NCBI GenBank assembly: GCA_039656555.1 | Contig: JBDHLU010000003.1 | Location: 3,452-67,451 of the forward strand | Length of the DNA: 64,000 bases | Source of the DNA: Gemmatimonadota bacterium | GTDB lineage: Bacteria > Gemmatimonadota > Gemmatimonadetes > Gemmatimonadales > GWC2-71-9 | Direction: 5' to 3' | Part shown: one piece after another, positions 27,701 to 37,347 of the stretch | Layout: every line of letters begins with the position of its first letter | How positions within the stretch are numbered: position 1 is the stretch's first letter | Program-made: the position numbers and the translations under genes | The notes under the pieces: model-generated | The model's database searches: none | Told to the model about the DNA's origin: nothing | Seen by the model: the letters and a program-made list of their open reading frames with translations, nothing else

Positions 27701-28246
27701 GTGTCTCGAATCCGGGTGCTGTTCATCGACGACGACGAGGCCATCCTCAAGACACTCTGCGCGTACTTCGAACATGAGGGTCACGAAGCGTTGCATGCCA
27801 GTTCGGGTGAGGCAGGGATTCGGATTTGGAGGGAATCCAAACCGGACGTGACGGTCGTGGACATGGCGATGCCCGAGGTGAGCGGATTCGACGTGCTGCA
27901 AATACTCCGCGGCGATGGTGCAATGATGATCGTGCTCACCGCCTTCGGCGATATCGAATCGGCCATGACGGCCATGAAGCTGGGGGCCGAGAGCTTTTTG
28001 ACCAAGCCGATCGAGATGGAGCATCTGGTTCACGCTGTCGTAAACGCGGCAGAGAAAGCGAGACTGCAGCGAGAGAACGCTGAACTCCGAGACCTGGCTC
28101 AGCCGAGCTTTCGCGGGCTGGCCATCAGGGCGTTGATGGTTGCGGTACTGATTGCCGGAGCCTTGGCGATCGGGCGGTTGATCGGTGGGACTGGCGACGG
28201 GCCTGCACCGCGACCGTCTTCCGTCGCGATCGAGCCTCCGGTCTGA
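27701..28246 (+). CDS. Response-regulator receiver domain with C-terminal transmembrane anchor
   Basis: VLFIDDDE...VVDMAMPEVSG...LTAFGD...KLGAESFLTKP (REC domain) is followed by a coiled linker and the hydrophobic segment AIRALMVAVLIAGALAIGRLIG. There is no output domain. Confidence 0.75.
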   Translation: MSRIRVLFIDDDEAILKTLCAYFEHEGHEALHASSGEAGIRIWRESKPDVTVVDMAMPEVSGFDVLQILRGDGAMMIVLTAFGDIESAMTAMKLGAESFLTKPIEMEHLVHAVVNAAEKARLQRENAELRDLAQPSFRGLAIRALMVAVLIAGALAIGRLIGGTGDGPAPRPSSVAIEPPV

Positions 28247-28288
28247 CCCTCTCCCCCGGCATCGCGGCAAGGTCCCTATTTTTCCTCC

Positions 28289-30082
28289 ATGATTGACAGT
28301 ATCAACGTCGCCATCGGGCAAATCCGACCGCGGAAAGGCGATTACGGCGAGAATCTGCGCCGCATCGGGGGTGTCCTTGCTCAAATCGCGCAGCACGATG
28401 CACCGCCTGCTCTCGTCGTCTTTCCCGAGACGTTCTTGTCGGGATACTTCGTGCAAGGTGGGGTGACCGAACTCGTAGTCACCGCTGGTGCGCTCTTTCG
28501 AGACCTCGCCGCACAGCACGAGCATTCCGGCGCCCCGTCGCTCGACGTCGTGGTCGGCTTTTACGAGCAGTTCGACAACCGGGTCTTCAACTCCGCCCTG
28601 TACGCCTCGTTAGGGGGTGCGGCGCCTCGGATCGTTCACGTCCATCGTAAGGTGTTTCTGCCTACCTACGGACTGTTCGACGAAAAGCGATTTGTCGAAG
28701 AGGGCAACGAAATCAAGGCCTTCGATACGCGCTGGGGCCGAGTCGCGATGGGCGTGTGTGAAGACATTTGGCACTCCATTATCCCGACGCTGGCGGCACT
28801 GGATGGCGCACAAGTCATCATCGTGCCAAGTGCGGCACCAGCGCGCGGACTAGCGATGAGCAATACGGGCGTCGCGCGTCCCGAAACCGCAGACGCATGG
28901 GAGTCGAGAATCCGTGAGGTCGCGATAGAACATGGGGTCTACGTGGTGCTCGCGCAGCTTGTTGGGTGCGAAGGCGGGAAGATTTTTCAGGGGAATTCCA
29001 CGATCGTGGCCCCTGATGGTGAGGTAGTTGCACGGGGTCCGGCATTCGAGGATGCGATCGTGACTGCAACACTCTCACCGACAGCCATCGCGAGGACCCG
29101 GGCACATCAGTCATTCTTGGGTGATATCGAAACCAAACTCGACATTCTGCTGCGTGGGCGTTCGCGTCCGGCAACGCTACGCTTCGACTCCCACGGTCTC
29201 GATCGACGCGGTGGCATTCCAGCGGTTACTGGTCGTGTACCCGTGATCGAGCACGGAGACCTGCCCGATCCAATGCAGATCGCACCACAGCTTGCCGAGG
29301 ATTGGCTGGTGTCGTTTCTCCGCGACGAAGTGAAAGTCCGGCGCGGATTCGATCGGGTTCTCGTCGGCCTTTCCGGGGGCGTCGATAGTGCCGTCACGGC
29401 GGCGTTGGCGGTAAGGGCCTTCGGGCAGAAGAATGTGGTTGGTGTTCGCATGCCCTACAAGACATCCAGCGAGGAAAGCCTCAGTCATGCGAGCGACGTC
29501 GGAACGGCGCTTGGGATCGAACTCCAAACCGTCGACATTTCGGACGCGGTCGACGGATATGTCCGGGCCGTCGGCGATGATCTCGACGATACTAGGCGCG
29601 GAAACGTCATGGCACGCATGCGCATGATCACCCTCTTCGATCTCTCCGCCAAACTGGGCGCGCTCCCGCTCGGTACCGGAAACAAGACGGAACGGTTGCT
29701 GGGATACTTCACCTGGCATGGGGATGATTCACCGCCGGTCAATCCCCTAGGTGACCTCTTCAAGACACAGGTCCGCATGCTGGCGCGACACTTGGGGCTT
29801 GCCGACGCGATTGTCGACAAACCGGCCTCCGCCGATTTGGTACCGGGACAAACCGACGAGGCAGATCTTGGAGTGTCATACGATGACGCCGATCGCATCT
29901 TGCATTGGATGCTGAGCGGTTACCGTGACGACGCAATCGTGGCCTTAGGGTTCGCCGCGGAAACGGTCGCGCTTGTGCGGCAGCGACTGGACGCCACCCA
30001 TTGGAAGAGAAACCTCCCAACGGTGGCCGTGGTGAGTGACACTGCGATCGGCGAGGGTTACCTGCGGCCCGCGGACTATTGA
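28289..30082 (+). CDS. nadE: Glutamine-dependent NAD+ synthetase (nitrilase domain + NAD synthase domain)
   Basis: 597 aa. N-terminal CN-hydrolase part (VFPETFLSGY, MGVCEDIWH) and C-terminal PP-loop GLSGGVDSAV. Confidence 0.9.
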   Translation: MIDSINVAIGQIRPRKGDYGENLRRIGGVLAQIAQHDAPPALVVFPETFLSGYFVQGGVTELVVTAGALFRDLAAQHEHSGAPSLDVVVGFYEQFDNRVFNSALYASLGGAAPRIVHVHRKVFLPTYGLFDEKRFVEEGNEIKAFDTRWGRVAMGVCEDIWHSIIPTLAALDGAQVIIVPSAAPARGLAMSNTGVARPETADAWESRIREVAIEHGVYVVLAQLVGCEGGKIFQGNSTIVAPDGEVVARGPAFEDAIVTATLSPTAIARTRAHQSFLGDIETKLDILLRGRSRPATLRFDSHGLDRRGGIPAVTGRVPVIEHGDLPDPMQIAPQLAEDWLVSFLRDEVKVRRGFDRVLVGLSGGVDSAVTAALAVRAFGQKNVVGVRMPYKTSSEESLSHASDVGTALGIELQTVDISDAVDGYVRAVGDDLDDTRRGNVMARMRMITLFDLSAKLGALPLGTGNKTERLLGYFTWHGDDSPPVNPLGDLFKTQVRMLARHLGLADAIVDKPASADLVPGQTDEADLGVSYDDADRILHWMLSGYRDDAIVALGFAAETVALVRQRLDATHWKRNLPTVAVVSDTAIGEGYLRPADY

Positions 30083-30085
30083 GGA

Positions 30086-30562
30086 GTGGCAATGTCTGAC
30101 GACTTAACTCCGCGGCCGATGAGTGCATCTCGGTCGACGATGACCGAGTTGATGATGCCGAACATGGCCAATAACCTCGGTAACGTATTCGGTGGGGTGA
30201 TTCTTTCGCTGCTCGACCGAGTCGCTGCCGTGGCGGCCATCCGACACTCCAAAGGCGCTAGCGTCACGGTGCACATGGATCAGGTGGAGTTTCGTGAGCC
30301 CATTCACCTTGGCGAGTTGGTCAGCGCCCACGCGTGTGTGGTACACGTGGGACGGACGTCGCTCGACGTTCGGGTGCGCGTAGAGGCCGAGAATATTACG
30401 ACAGGTGTGCGACGCCATACCAACAGCTGCTACCTGACGTTCGTGGCAATCGACGAGGACGGAAAACCGCGACTGGTCCCACCGGTCATTCCTGAGACCG
30501 AGGACGAACGCAAATGGTTCGCCGAGGCCAAAGAACATCGCAAACGCCGAGACGCGCGTTGA
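30086..30562 (+). CDS. Acyl-CoA thioesterase (hotdog fold, YciA-like)
   Basis: MPNMANNLGNVFGGVILSLLD...FVAIDEDGKP is a typical 4HBT/YciA pattern. Confidence 0.8.
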   Translation: MAMSDDLTPRPMSASRSTMTELMMPNMANNLGNVFGGVILSLLDRVAAVAAIRHSKGASVTVHMDQVEFREPIHLGELVSAHACVVHVGRTSLDVRVRVEAENITTGVRRHTNSCYLTFVAIDEDGKPRLVPPVIPETEDERKWFAEAKEHRKRRDAR

Positions 30563-30576
30563 AGGAGACGCGCGTC

Positions 30577-31410
30577 GTGGTCGTGATGAGTGGTGGGGGT
30601 GCCAAGTCCGCCGCCCACGTTGGATCGATGAAAGCGCTCGAGGAATTGGGGTTGAAGCCGGCCCATTTCGTAGGTACTTCGATGGGGGCTGTGGTTGCCG
30701 CGTGCTTTGCATCGGGCCTCACGTACGATGATGTATTGCGACGTATCACCGCTTTGACGCGGGGTGACGTGGCCAGGCTGTCACCCTCGCTCCTGCTCGG
30801 CCCATTCGCCGAGTCGTTGCTGAGCGACGGACCCTTGCGGCGAATCATCGCGCAGCTAGTTCCGGCCCGTGAGTTCTCCGACCTGCGGATACCGCTCACC
30901 GTCACAGCGGTCGACATCGACAGCGGCGACTTGGAGATCTTCGGGTCAGGTGGGCGAGACCACGTGCCCTTGAGAGACGCGCTCTATGCGTCGACCGCGC
31001 TTCCGGTGTACTACCCGCCCGCCGCGATCGGTGATCGGCTGTATGCAGACGGAGGCTTGAGGTCGGTGTTGCCCCTCGACATAGCGTACCAACTCGAACC
31101 GGACATGGTGGTGGCGATCTCCGTAGGCCCATCTTTCTACGCGGACGTCGGAAAGAAGGGGGCTGGACTGTCACCGATGTTGCGCGCCCACGATCGATCG
31201 ATGCGCATCATGATGGCCCAGCAAACCGAGCGGGAGATCGCGCGGTGGAGTGAGGCAGACGTTCCACTGATCGTCGTCGAACCCTACCACCGGCAACAGG
31301 CGACCTTCGACGTCGCCGGAGCGATCGGGTACTTGGAGGAGGGATACCGCGCGACCATGCGGGCCTTTGCCAACACCGACCCTTCCTGGTTACCCCAAGC
31401 GGACATCTAA
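30577..31410 (+). CDS. Patatin-like phospholipase
   Basis: SGGGAKSAAHVG (oxyanion GGGxK/R), GTSMGA (GxSxG) and DGG (catalytic Asp). AAGGAG SD precedes GTG 30577. The longest ORF begins at 30514, inside the upstream gene. Confidence 0.8.
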   Translation: MVVMSGGGAKSAAHVGSMKALEELGLKPAHFVGTSMGAVVAACFASGLTYDDVLRRITALTRGDVARLSPSLLLGPFAESLLSDGPLRRIIAQLVPAREFSDLRIPLTVTAVDIDSGDLEIFGSGGRDHVPLRDALYASTALPVYYPPAAIGDRLYADGGLRSVLPLDIAYQLEPDMVVAISVGPSFYADVGKKGAGLSPMLRAHDRSMRIMMAQQTEREIARWSEADVPLIVVEPYHRQQATFDVAGAIGYLEEGYRATMRAFANTDPSWLPQADI

Positions 31411-31417
31411 CTAAAGG

Positions 31418-32566
31418 ATGTCGCCGCTCCTCGTTCTGTTCCTCCTGACAGGCATCGTGTGGGTGTCGATCTACCTGGAGGAGCACATTGCGGTGGCCCG
31501 GGCGCTTGGGTCAGTGTTGCTGGCCATAGTAATCGCAGCGATTGCCGCAAACTTGGGGTTCTTGCCGAGCCAATCAGCGGCCTACGACGCCTTGGGCGGA
31601 ATCGGTGTCAACATAGGTATCGCCTTGATTCTACTTGGAGTCGATTTCCGCTCGGTGGTTAAAGCCGGCCCCAGCATGCTGGTGGCGTTTGGCCTAGGTG
31701 TGGTGGGGACGGCGGCCGGTGCGTTGGTGGCAACGTACTTTCTACATGACGCCGTGGGCCCCGAGACATGGAAACTCGCAGGGCAGTACACCGGTACCTA
31801 TACCGGGGGCGGGGTGAACATGGTGGCGGTCGGTCGCGCACTCGATACCTCTCCCGAGCTGTTCAGCGCCGCCGTGGCGGCAGACAATGTTACAACCACC
31901 ATCTGGATGATCGTGTGCTTTGGCGCACCGGCGTTTCTCGCCCCGCTTTGGCGCGGAGTCGGAAGGTTGCACGAAACGCCGTTGGAACCCTCGCCCAAAG
32001 AGGGCATACCGGTCACGTCATCTCCCTTCATGTCGTCCTTGCGTGCGGTGACGGCAAAGGATCTCGCCGCTCTCGCGGCCATTTCGTTGGGCGCAGTCTG
32101 GCTTTCGGGCGTGTTGGCCGACCGGGTGCCGCAGCTGCCGGAGGTGTTGTGGCTCACGATGACGGTGTTGGTTCTGGCGCAGCTGCCCCAGATCCGCAAC
32201 ATTGCCGGTGGGCCGGTGCTTGGCGCCGGCATACTGCAACTTTTTCTTGCCGGTCTTGGCGCACAGTCCATCATTGCTCAGATCGTACGAGTGGGCCTTC
32301 CCGTTTTCTACTTCACCATAATCGTCGTAGCGATGCACGGTCTGTTACTATTCGGCGTCGGCCGACTTCTGCGTATCGACCTGGGCACGCTGACCGTTGC
32401 GTCTCAAGCGAACGTAGGAGGTCCGGCATCGGCGATGGCACTCGCGACTGCACGAGGATATCCGGACAGATTGTTGCCTGGAGTTGCTGTCGGGCTCCTC
32501 GGTTATGCGGTCGGCAACTTTGTGGGCTTCGGCATAGCGGGGTTGGCGCGAGCATGGCTGGGATAG
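31418..32566 (+). CDS. DUF819-family integral membrane protein
   Basis: 382-aa polytopic protein. The pattern YTGGGVNMVA...QANVGGPASA resembles DUF819. Confidence 0.65.
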   Translation: MSPLLVLFLLTGIVWVSIYLEEHIAVARALGSVLLAIVIAAIAANLGFLPSQSAAYDALGGIGVNIGIALILLGVDFRSVVKAGPSMLVAFGLGVVGTAAGALVATYFLHDAVGPETWKLAGQYTGTYTGGGVNMVAVGRALDTSPELFSAAVAADNVTTTIWMIVCFGAPAFLAPLWRGVGRLHETPLEPSPKEGIPVTSSPFMSSLRAVTAKDLAALAAISLGAVWLSGVLADRVPQLPEVLWLTMTVLVLAQLPQIRNIAGGPVLGAGILQLFLAGLGAQSIIAQIVRVGLPVFYFTIIVVAMHGLLLFGVGRLLRIDLGTLTVASQANVGGPASAMALATARGYPDRLLPGVAVGLLGYAVGNFVGFGIAGLARAWLG

Positions 32567-33009
32567 ACTTGGGCGACATGGACGAAGCACCCACCAAGTA
32601 TTTCACGGTGGAAGAGGCCAACGGCACCCTTCCGTACGTCCGTCGCATCATCGGTGACATCATGGACGAATATGCGCGTTGGCGTGACGGCATCTTCAAG
32701 TACGAAGTGCTTTCCGCCGAGGTGAAGGCCGATGAAGGCGAAAGCGACGAGCAGGTCGCTCTGCGTGACACGGTCGAAACGATCGCCCAACGCATCAACG
32801 CATTGATCGAAGAGCTCGCCCAGGTCGGCTGCGTCTTCAAGGGCTTCGACGACGGACTAGTCGATTTCCGAAGCACTCTGGATGGTCGCGACGTCTACTT
32901 GTGCTGGAAATTTGGGGAACCCGAAATACGATTCTGGCACGAACTCGATAGCGGTTTCGCCGGCCGGCAGGCGCTCGCCCAACAACTCGTCGATGGAGGC
33001 TCGACCTAA
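32554..33009 (+). CDS. DUF2203-like protein
   Basis: YFTVEEANGTLPYVRRIIGDI...GCVFKGFDDGLVDF...YLCWKFGEPEIRFWH is characteristic of DUF2203. This is the true 3' part of the 413-aa track ORF 31768..33009. The start is ATG 32554 or 32578. Confidence 0.6.
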   Translation: MAGIDLGDMDEAPTKYFTVEEANGTLPYVRRIIGDIMDEYARWRDGIFKYEVLSAEVKADEGESDEQVALRDTVETIAQRINALIEELAQVGCVFKGFDDGLVDFRSTLDGRDVYLCWKFGEPEIRFWHELDSGFAGRQALAQQLVDGGST

Positions 33010-33470
33010 TGTCATTTGTGGAGTTGGCTCACCTGATGGGCTCCGCCCTGTGGATTGGTGGAGCGCTCGCCGCCATGGTTCTTGCAATTGGCGCACGCGA
33101 CGAACCGCCTGCGGTACGGGTCGGCGTGTACCGCCTCCTGGCTAAGGTCCAGACCCTGATCATCGGGGTCGGGGCGATACTGGTGGTGGGAACCGGGATC
33201 CTCATGACGATGCAAATGTCAAATGACGCCTCTAGCGAACTCGTGCGCCAACCCCGTCTATGGGTGATGATAGTCGCAGGACTCGTGGGCGGATTGATGG
33301 TACTACTGATGGGGCTCCCGACGGCGATCAAGCTCGGTGGCCTAGCGGTGGTCAACGATCAGGGAGAAGCGCCTCCAGCCTTTGAGATGTTTCGCCGCCG
33401 CCAGGCAATCGTGTCATCGATTGCTGGAGTGCTTGCGTTGATTGCGCTCGCTGCGTGGAAGCTGCTCTGA
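33009..33470 (+). CDS. Hypothetical 4-TM membrane protein
   Basis: 153 aa with four hydrophobic segments. Its ATG overlaps the previous stop (TAATG). Confidence 0.5.
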   Translation: MSFVELAHLMGSALWIGGALAAMVLAIGARDEPPAVRVGVYRLLAKVQTLIIGVGAILVVGTGILMTMQMSNDASSELVRQPRLWVMIVAGLVGGLMVLLMGLPTAIKLGGLAVVNDQGEAPPAFEMFRRRQAIVSSIAGVLALIALAAWKLL

Positions 33471-33492
33471 TTCTCTCCTATCCTTACCACCC

Positions 33493-34326
33493 ATGAGTTC
33501 TTCATCCGGGTGGCGTCTTACGACATCCTATAGTGCGATCCCACATGAACGGGGTCGCTTGACGCGGTGGATTGGGCGGGGAGCCCTACGTGCTGCAAGT
33601 CACGTGGGCCGAGTGGCCAACCTACTGTATGAGATCGCTCGTGGGATCACGGATTGGCGGATATGGGTACCACGGGCCGTCAGCCAAGCCATCCAAGTTG
33701 GATATGGGTCGTTGTTTATCGTTTTGCTCACAGCGTCCTTTGCCGGCGGCGTAGTATCACTGCAGACAGGCTATCAATTCACTGGGAGCATTCCGGTCTA
33801 CTTTGCGGCGGGTGTGATCGTGAAGTCGATCATTCTCGAGATGGGACCGGTCCTTACCGCGTTGATCCTGGCCGGACGCATCGGCGCCCAGTACGCTGCG
33901 GAACTTGGCACGATGCGAGTTACCGAACAGATAGATGCGCTCGAGAGTCTCGGTCGATCGCCCATATCGCACCTCGTCATTCCCCGCGTTGTGGCCGGCA
34001 CGTTGTTGTTGCCGATCCTCGTCATCTTCGCAGATGCCATGGGGGTTGCCGCTGGATGGTTTGCCTCCAAAGGATCGCTGGGAATCTCGAACGCCGATTT
34101 CGTATTCGGGGTCCGGTTTTGGGTCGAGCCGTACGACATCTGGTACTCGATAGTCAAGTCGTTCTTCTTCGGATTGGCCGTCACCATCGTACCCTGCTAC
34201 GTCGGGTTCAACACGCAGAAGGGCGCCGAAGGCGTGGGTCGCTCAACAACGGCCGCTGTCGTGAGCAGTTCCGTGCTGATCCTGTTTTTGGACGCGCTCA
34301 TCGCGCAGGTGCTGTTGCGACCGTGA
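33493..34326 (+). CDS. mlaE: MlaE-family ABC transporter permease
   Basis: Polytopic protein with the MlaE pattern (GPVLTALILAGRIGAQYAAELGTMRVTEQIDALE). It is followed by MlaF and MlaD homologues. Confidence 0.85.
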   Translation: MSSSSGWRLTTSYSAIPHERGRLTRWIGRGALRAASHVGRVANLLYEIARGITDWRIWVPRAVSQAIQVGYGSLFIVLLTASFAGGVVSLQTGYQFTGSIPVYFAAGVIVKSIILEMGPVLTALILAGRIGAQYAAELGTMRVTEQIDALESLGRSPISHLVIPRVVAGTLLLPILVIFADAMGVAAGWFASKGSLGISNADFVFGVRFWVEPYDIWYSIVKSFFFGLAVTIVPCYVGFNTQKGAEGVGRSTTAAVVSSSVLILFLDALIAQVLLRP

Positions 34327-34327
34327 C

Positions 34328-35083
34328 ATGATCCAACTCAAGCAGATCCACAAAGCCTTCGGCGACAACATCGTGCTAGACGGTGTCGACCTGACCATAG
34401 AGTCTGGTCAAACCGTGGTGTTGCTCGGCCCGTCCGGCGTCGGGAAGAGCGTCATGCTAAAACATATCAACGGCTTATTACATCCTGATGCGGGTGAAGT
34501 GTGGGTGGACGGGGTCTGCATATCGGAACTCAGTCGAAAGGCCCTCTCGAGGCTCCGTAGCCGAATAGGCTACGTTTTTCAATTCGGGGCGCTGTTCGAT
34601 TCGGAGGACGTGTTCGAAAACATCCGCCTCGGGATTACCGATGAGGATCGATTCCAAGACCTCGACTATTGCCGATCTCGGATTCGCGAATGTCTGCAAC
34701 TCGTGAATCTTCCGCAGGATACCGCGGGCAAGTATCCGGCCGACCTGTCCGGCGGGATGAAGAAGCGGGTCGGTATTGCACGGGCGATTGCGGGAAGTCC
34801 TTCGTACCTCCTTTATGACGAACCCACGTCGGGCCTAGACCCGGTCAATGCTGATATCATTGATGCACTCGTAGAGAAGCTCCAAGAGGAACTGAGCGTG
34901 ACGTCGGTAGTCGTGTCACACGATGTACGAGGGTCTTTCCGCGTGGCGGACAAGCTGGCGCTTCTCAAGGATGGGAAGATCGTTGCGACGGGAACGCCGG
35001 CCGAGTTGAAAGACAGCGACAATCTGGATGTTCGTGAGTTCCTCGAGAGGGACTTTGGCAGTTCAACCATGACCGAGCAGTAG
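34328..35083 (+). CDS. mlaF: MlaF-family ABC transporter ATP-binding protein
   Basis: Walker A GPSGVGKS, signature LSGGMKKRV, Walker B LLYDEPTSGLD. Confidence 0.9.
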   Translation: MIQLKQIHKAFGDNIVLDGVDLTIESGQTVVLLGPSGVGKSVMLKHINGLLHPDAGEVWVDGVCISELSRKALSRLRSRIGYVFQFGALFDSEDVFENIRLGITDEDRFQDLDYCRSRIRECLQLVNLPQDTAGKYPADLSGGMKKRVGIARAIAGSPSYLLYDEPTSGLDPVNADIIDALVEKLQEELSVTSVVVSHDVRGSFRVADKLALLKDGKIVATGTPAELKDSDNLDVREFLERDFGSSTMTEQ

Positions 35084-35086
35084 TCT

Positions 35087-35980
35087 ATGGATCTCCACTA
35101 CAAGCAGGAACTGCAGGTTGGTGTTCTCGTTATCGCTGCGGCGACCATACTGATCACCGGATTGATCTGGCTGAGCGGGCGTAGTTTTGGAGCCGGGGTC
35201 GCAAAGTTCGATGTCCGCTTTGCGAGCATCCAGGGGGTCTCGAGCGGTGATCCCGTGCATATCTCCGGGGTCCGCGTGGGTCGTGTTGCGGGAGTCGATA
35301 TTGAAGGCGTCGATCAAGTCCTCGTTAGGCTCGAGGTAAGAAAAGATTTCCGTCCGCGATCGGATGCTCGGGTAACGGTCAAGTCGTTGGACTTCTTGGG
35401 TGCGAAGTTCATCGACTACCGACCTGGCACATCGGGCGACTTCATCGAAGACGGAGTTGTGTTGGAAGGATTGGGTGAGGAGGATATTGCTTCGGTGGCT
35501 GCGGATCTCGCGGGTAACATGTCGGAGTTGGTCGGCCGGGGACAAGACTTGTTGTCTCCCGACATGGTGGAACAGGTTCAAGCCACACTCGCGGCAGCGG
35601 AGAGAGCTCTGGACGTCGTGTCGCAGGTAGGTACCGGCGGTCTGGTGGAAGAAGCCACCGCTATGCTGACCTCTCTCAAGAGTGCCGCGGCGCGTCTCGA
35701 TTCGACCCTTGGGAATCCGGCGATCCAAGAATCACTGTCACAGATGGACGAGGTAGTAGAGGGGCTCCAGGAAATGACCGAAGGCCTGGCACTGGTCACC
35801 ACTGCACTCGGGTCGGTCATGCAGAAAATCGATAGCGGCCAGGGGTCCATTGGGATGGCGATCAACGATTCGACCCTGCACCAAGACATGCACGAGGTGT
35901 TGGTATCGCTTCGCGGACTCCTCGACGATATTCGCGAGAACCCGGGTCGCTACGTACCACGCGCGATCAAAATATTCTAA
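35087..35980 (+). CDS. mlaD: MlaD/MCE-domain substrate-binding protein
   Basis: N-terminal TM anchor followed by an MCE domain (F.SIQGVSSGDPVHISGVRVGRV). Third gene of the Mla cluster. Confidence 0.8.
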   Translation: MDLHYKQELQVGVLVIAAATILITGLIWLSGRSFGAGVAKFDVRFASIQGVSSGDPVHISGVRVGRVAGVDIEGVDQVLVRLEVRKDFRPRSDARVTVKSLDFLGAKFIDYRPGTSGDFIEDGVVLEGLGEEDIASVAADLAGNMSELVGRGQDLLSPDMVEQVQATLAAAERALDVVSQVGTGGLVEEATAMLTSLKSAAARLDSTLGNPAIQESLSQMDEVVEGLQEMTEGLALVTTALGSVMQKIDSGQGSIGMAINDSTLHQDMHEVLVSLRGLLDDIRENPGRYVPRAIKIF

Positions 35981-35985
35981 CTGCA

Positions 35986-36013
35986 GTTGACGGTTGACTG
36001 TTGACAGTTGACT
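35986..36013 (+). repeat. Four tandem heptamers GTTGACN in the mlaD-rnz intergenic region
   Basis: GTTGACG GTTGACT GTTGACA GTTGACT, with GTTGAC cores at 35986, 35993, 36000 and 36007. It is followed by gttcttgcc and ATG 36023. Confidence 0.9.
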
Positions 36014-36022
36014 GTTCTTGCC

Positions 36023-36943
36023 ATGCTTTCCGCAACATTTCTCGGAACGTCGGCCGCGCGGCCCACCGTGGAGCGCGGTGTTTCTTCGATCGCGGTCAAG
36101 CGCGAGGGGGAGACTTTCCTGTTCGACTGCGGGGAAGGCACCCAACGACAGATGATGCGCTACGGGGTGAGCTTTGCGCTCTCTGAGATTTTCGTAACGC
36201 ACTATCACGCCGATCACTTCCTCGGGATCATTGGGTTGCTCAGAACTCTCGGCCTCCAGGGAAGGGAAGAACCCTTCAAGCTGTATGGCCCCAAGGGTGC
36301 CACGCGCGTACTCGGTGGCGCCGTCGAACTCGGTGTCGAACGATCACCGTTTCCCATCGAAGTCGAAGAGGTGAGTCCGGGAGATCGGCTAGAGCGTGGC
36401 GACTATGCGCTCGAGGTCTTCGCGGTCGCGCATGGCCGGAGCGCGGTGGGGTACGCGGTGCGGGAGCACGTGCGCCTGGGCCGGTTCGATCCGGACAAGG
36501 CCCGCGCGCTCGGCATTCCAGAGGGCCCACTGTGGGGCAAGATCCACAAGGGCGAGCCGGTCGAAGTCGGCGAGGGAAGCGACAAGCGGATCGTGGATCC
36601 GAGCGAGCTGGTGGGGGCACCGAGGAGGGGCCGGCTTCTGGTATACACTGGAGATACCAGGCCTTCGGAAGACATCGTGCGCGTGGCCGAGGGCGCGGAT
36701 TTGCTGATTCACGAAGCGACGTTTGGTAGCGAAGAGAAGGATCGGGCGAAGGAGACCGACCACTCGACTGCGGTAGAGGCGGCACAGGTCGCGCTGGCGG
36801 CCCGAGTGCGACGGTTGGCCCTGACCCATCTGTCTGCCCGCTATTCCGCCAGCCCGCGAGTGCTGTTGGAGGAGGCTCAGGAGGTGTTCCGGGACACCGT
36901 CGTGGCCAGGGACGGCATGACCATAGAGATTGCTCTCACTTGA
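36023..36943 (+). CDS. rnz: Ribonuclease Z (tRNA 3' endonuclease)
   Basis: MLSATFLGTSAARPT..RGVSSIAV...FDCGEGTQRQM...THYHADH (metallo-beta-lactamase HxHxDH) ...THLSARY. The longest ORF starts at 36008. Confidence 0.85.
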   Translation: MLSATFLGTSAARPTVERGVSSIAVKREGETFLFDCGEGTQRQMMRYGVSFALSEIFVTHYHADHFLGIIGLLRTLGLQGREEPFKLYGPKGATRVLGGAVELGVERSPFPIEVEEVSPGDRLERGDYALEVFAVAHGRSAVGYAVREHVRLGRFDPDKARALGIPEGPLWGKIHKGEPVEVGEGSDKRIVDPSELVGAPRRGRLLVYTGDTRPSEDIVRVAEGADLLIHEATFGSEEKDRAKETDHSTAVEAAQVALAARVRRLALTHLSARYSASPRVLLEEAQEVFRDTVVARDGMTIEIALT

Positions 36944-37038
36944 CGCTAGTTGGGGGCCTTTCTACGTTCCGATCCCCGTCAAGGAGGCCTCTTGGCGGGT
37001 AAGTTTGTTATGGGAAGCATGAGGCGTTGGCGGGTTCT

Positions 37039-37188
<150 letters not shown>

Positions 37189-37243
37189 GTTATGTTGGGT
37201 TTACTTCCCGCCTCTCCGCCTCTCCGCCTTCCCGCCTGTTCGG

Positions 37244-37316
37244 TGCCCCGTGGTGTAACTGGCAACACGTCTGACTCTGGATCAGAAGAGTCCTGGTTCG
37301 ATCCCAGGCGGGGCAA
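37244..37316 (+). tRNA. tRNA-Gln (anticodon CTG), no encoded CCA
   Basis: Acceptor TGCCCCG/CGGGGCA (U1:A72, typical of bacterial Gln), anticodon stem-loop TCTGA-CTCTGGA-TCAGA, T-arm CCTGGTTCGATCCCAGG. The discriminator A is followed by TAC. Confidence 0.9.
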
Positions 37317-37323
37317 TACGACG

Positions 37324-37347
37324 ACGGCGCGCCGACAGGCGCGCCGT
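37324..37347 (+). terminator. GC-rich hairpin after tRNA-Gln (terminator-like, weak U-tract)
   Basis: ACGGCGCGCC-gaca-GGCGCGCCGT, a perfect 10-bp stem, followed by TCGTATGT. Confidence 0.45.

Noticed and set aside
27509-28525. 338-aa minus-strand ORF spanning the REC-TM gene and the start of nadE
   Set aside because: It lies antisense to two genes with clear family motifs. The translation is Arg/His/Gly-rich with no recognisable motif. This is a typical shadow ORF of GC-rich DNA.
30577-31410. Patatin-like phospholipase as a CBASS CapV-type effector
   Set aside because: There is no CD-NTase/cyclase, E1/E2/JAB or other CBASS gene nearby. The neighbours are nadE, a thioesterase and a DUF819 membrane protein. 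This looks like a housekeeping RssA-type patatin.
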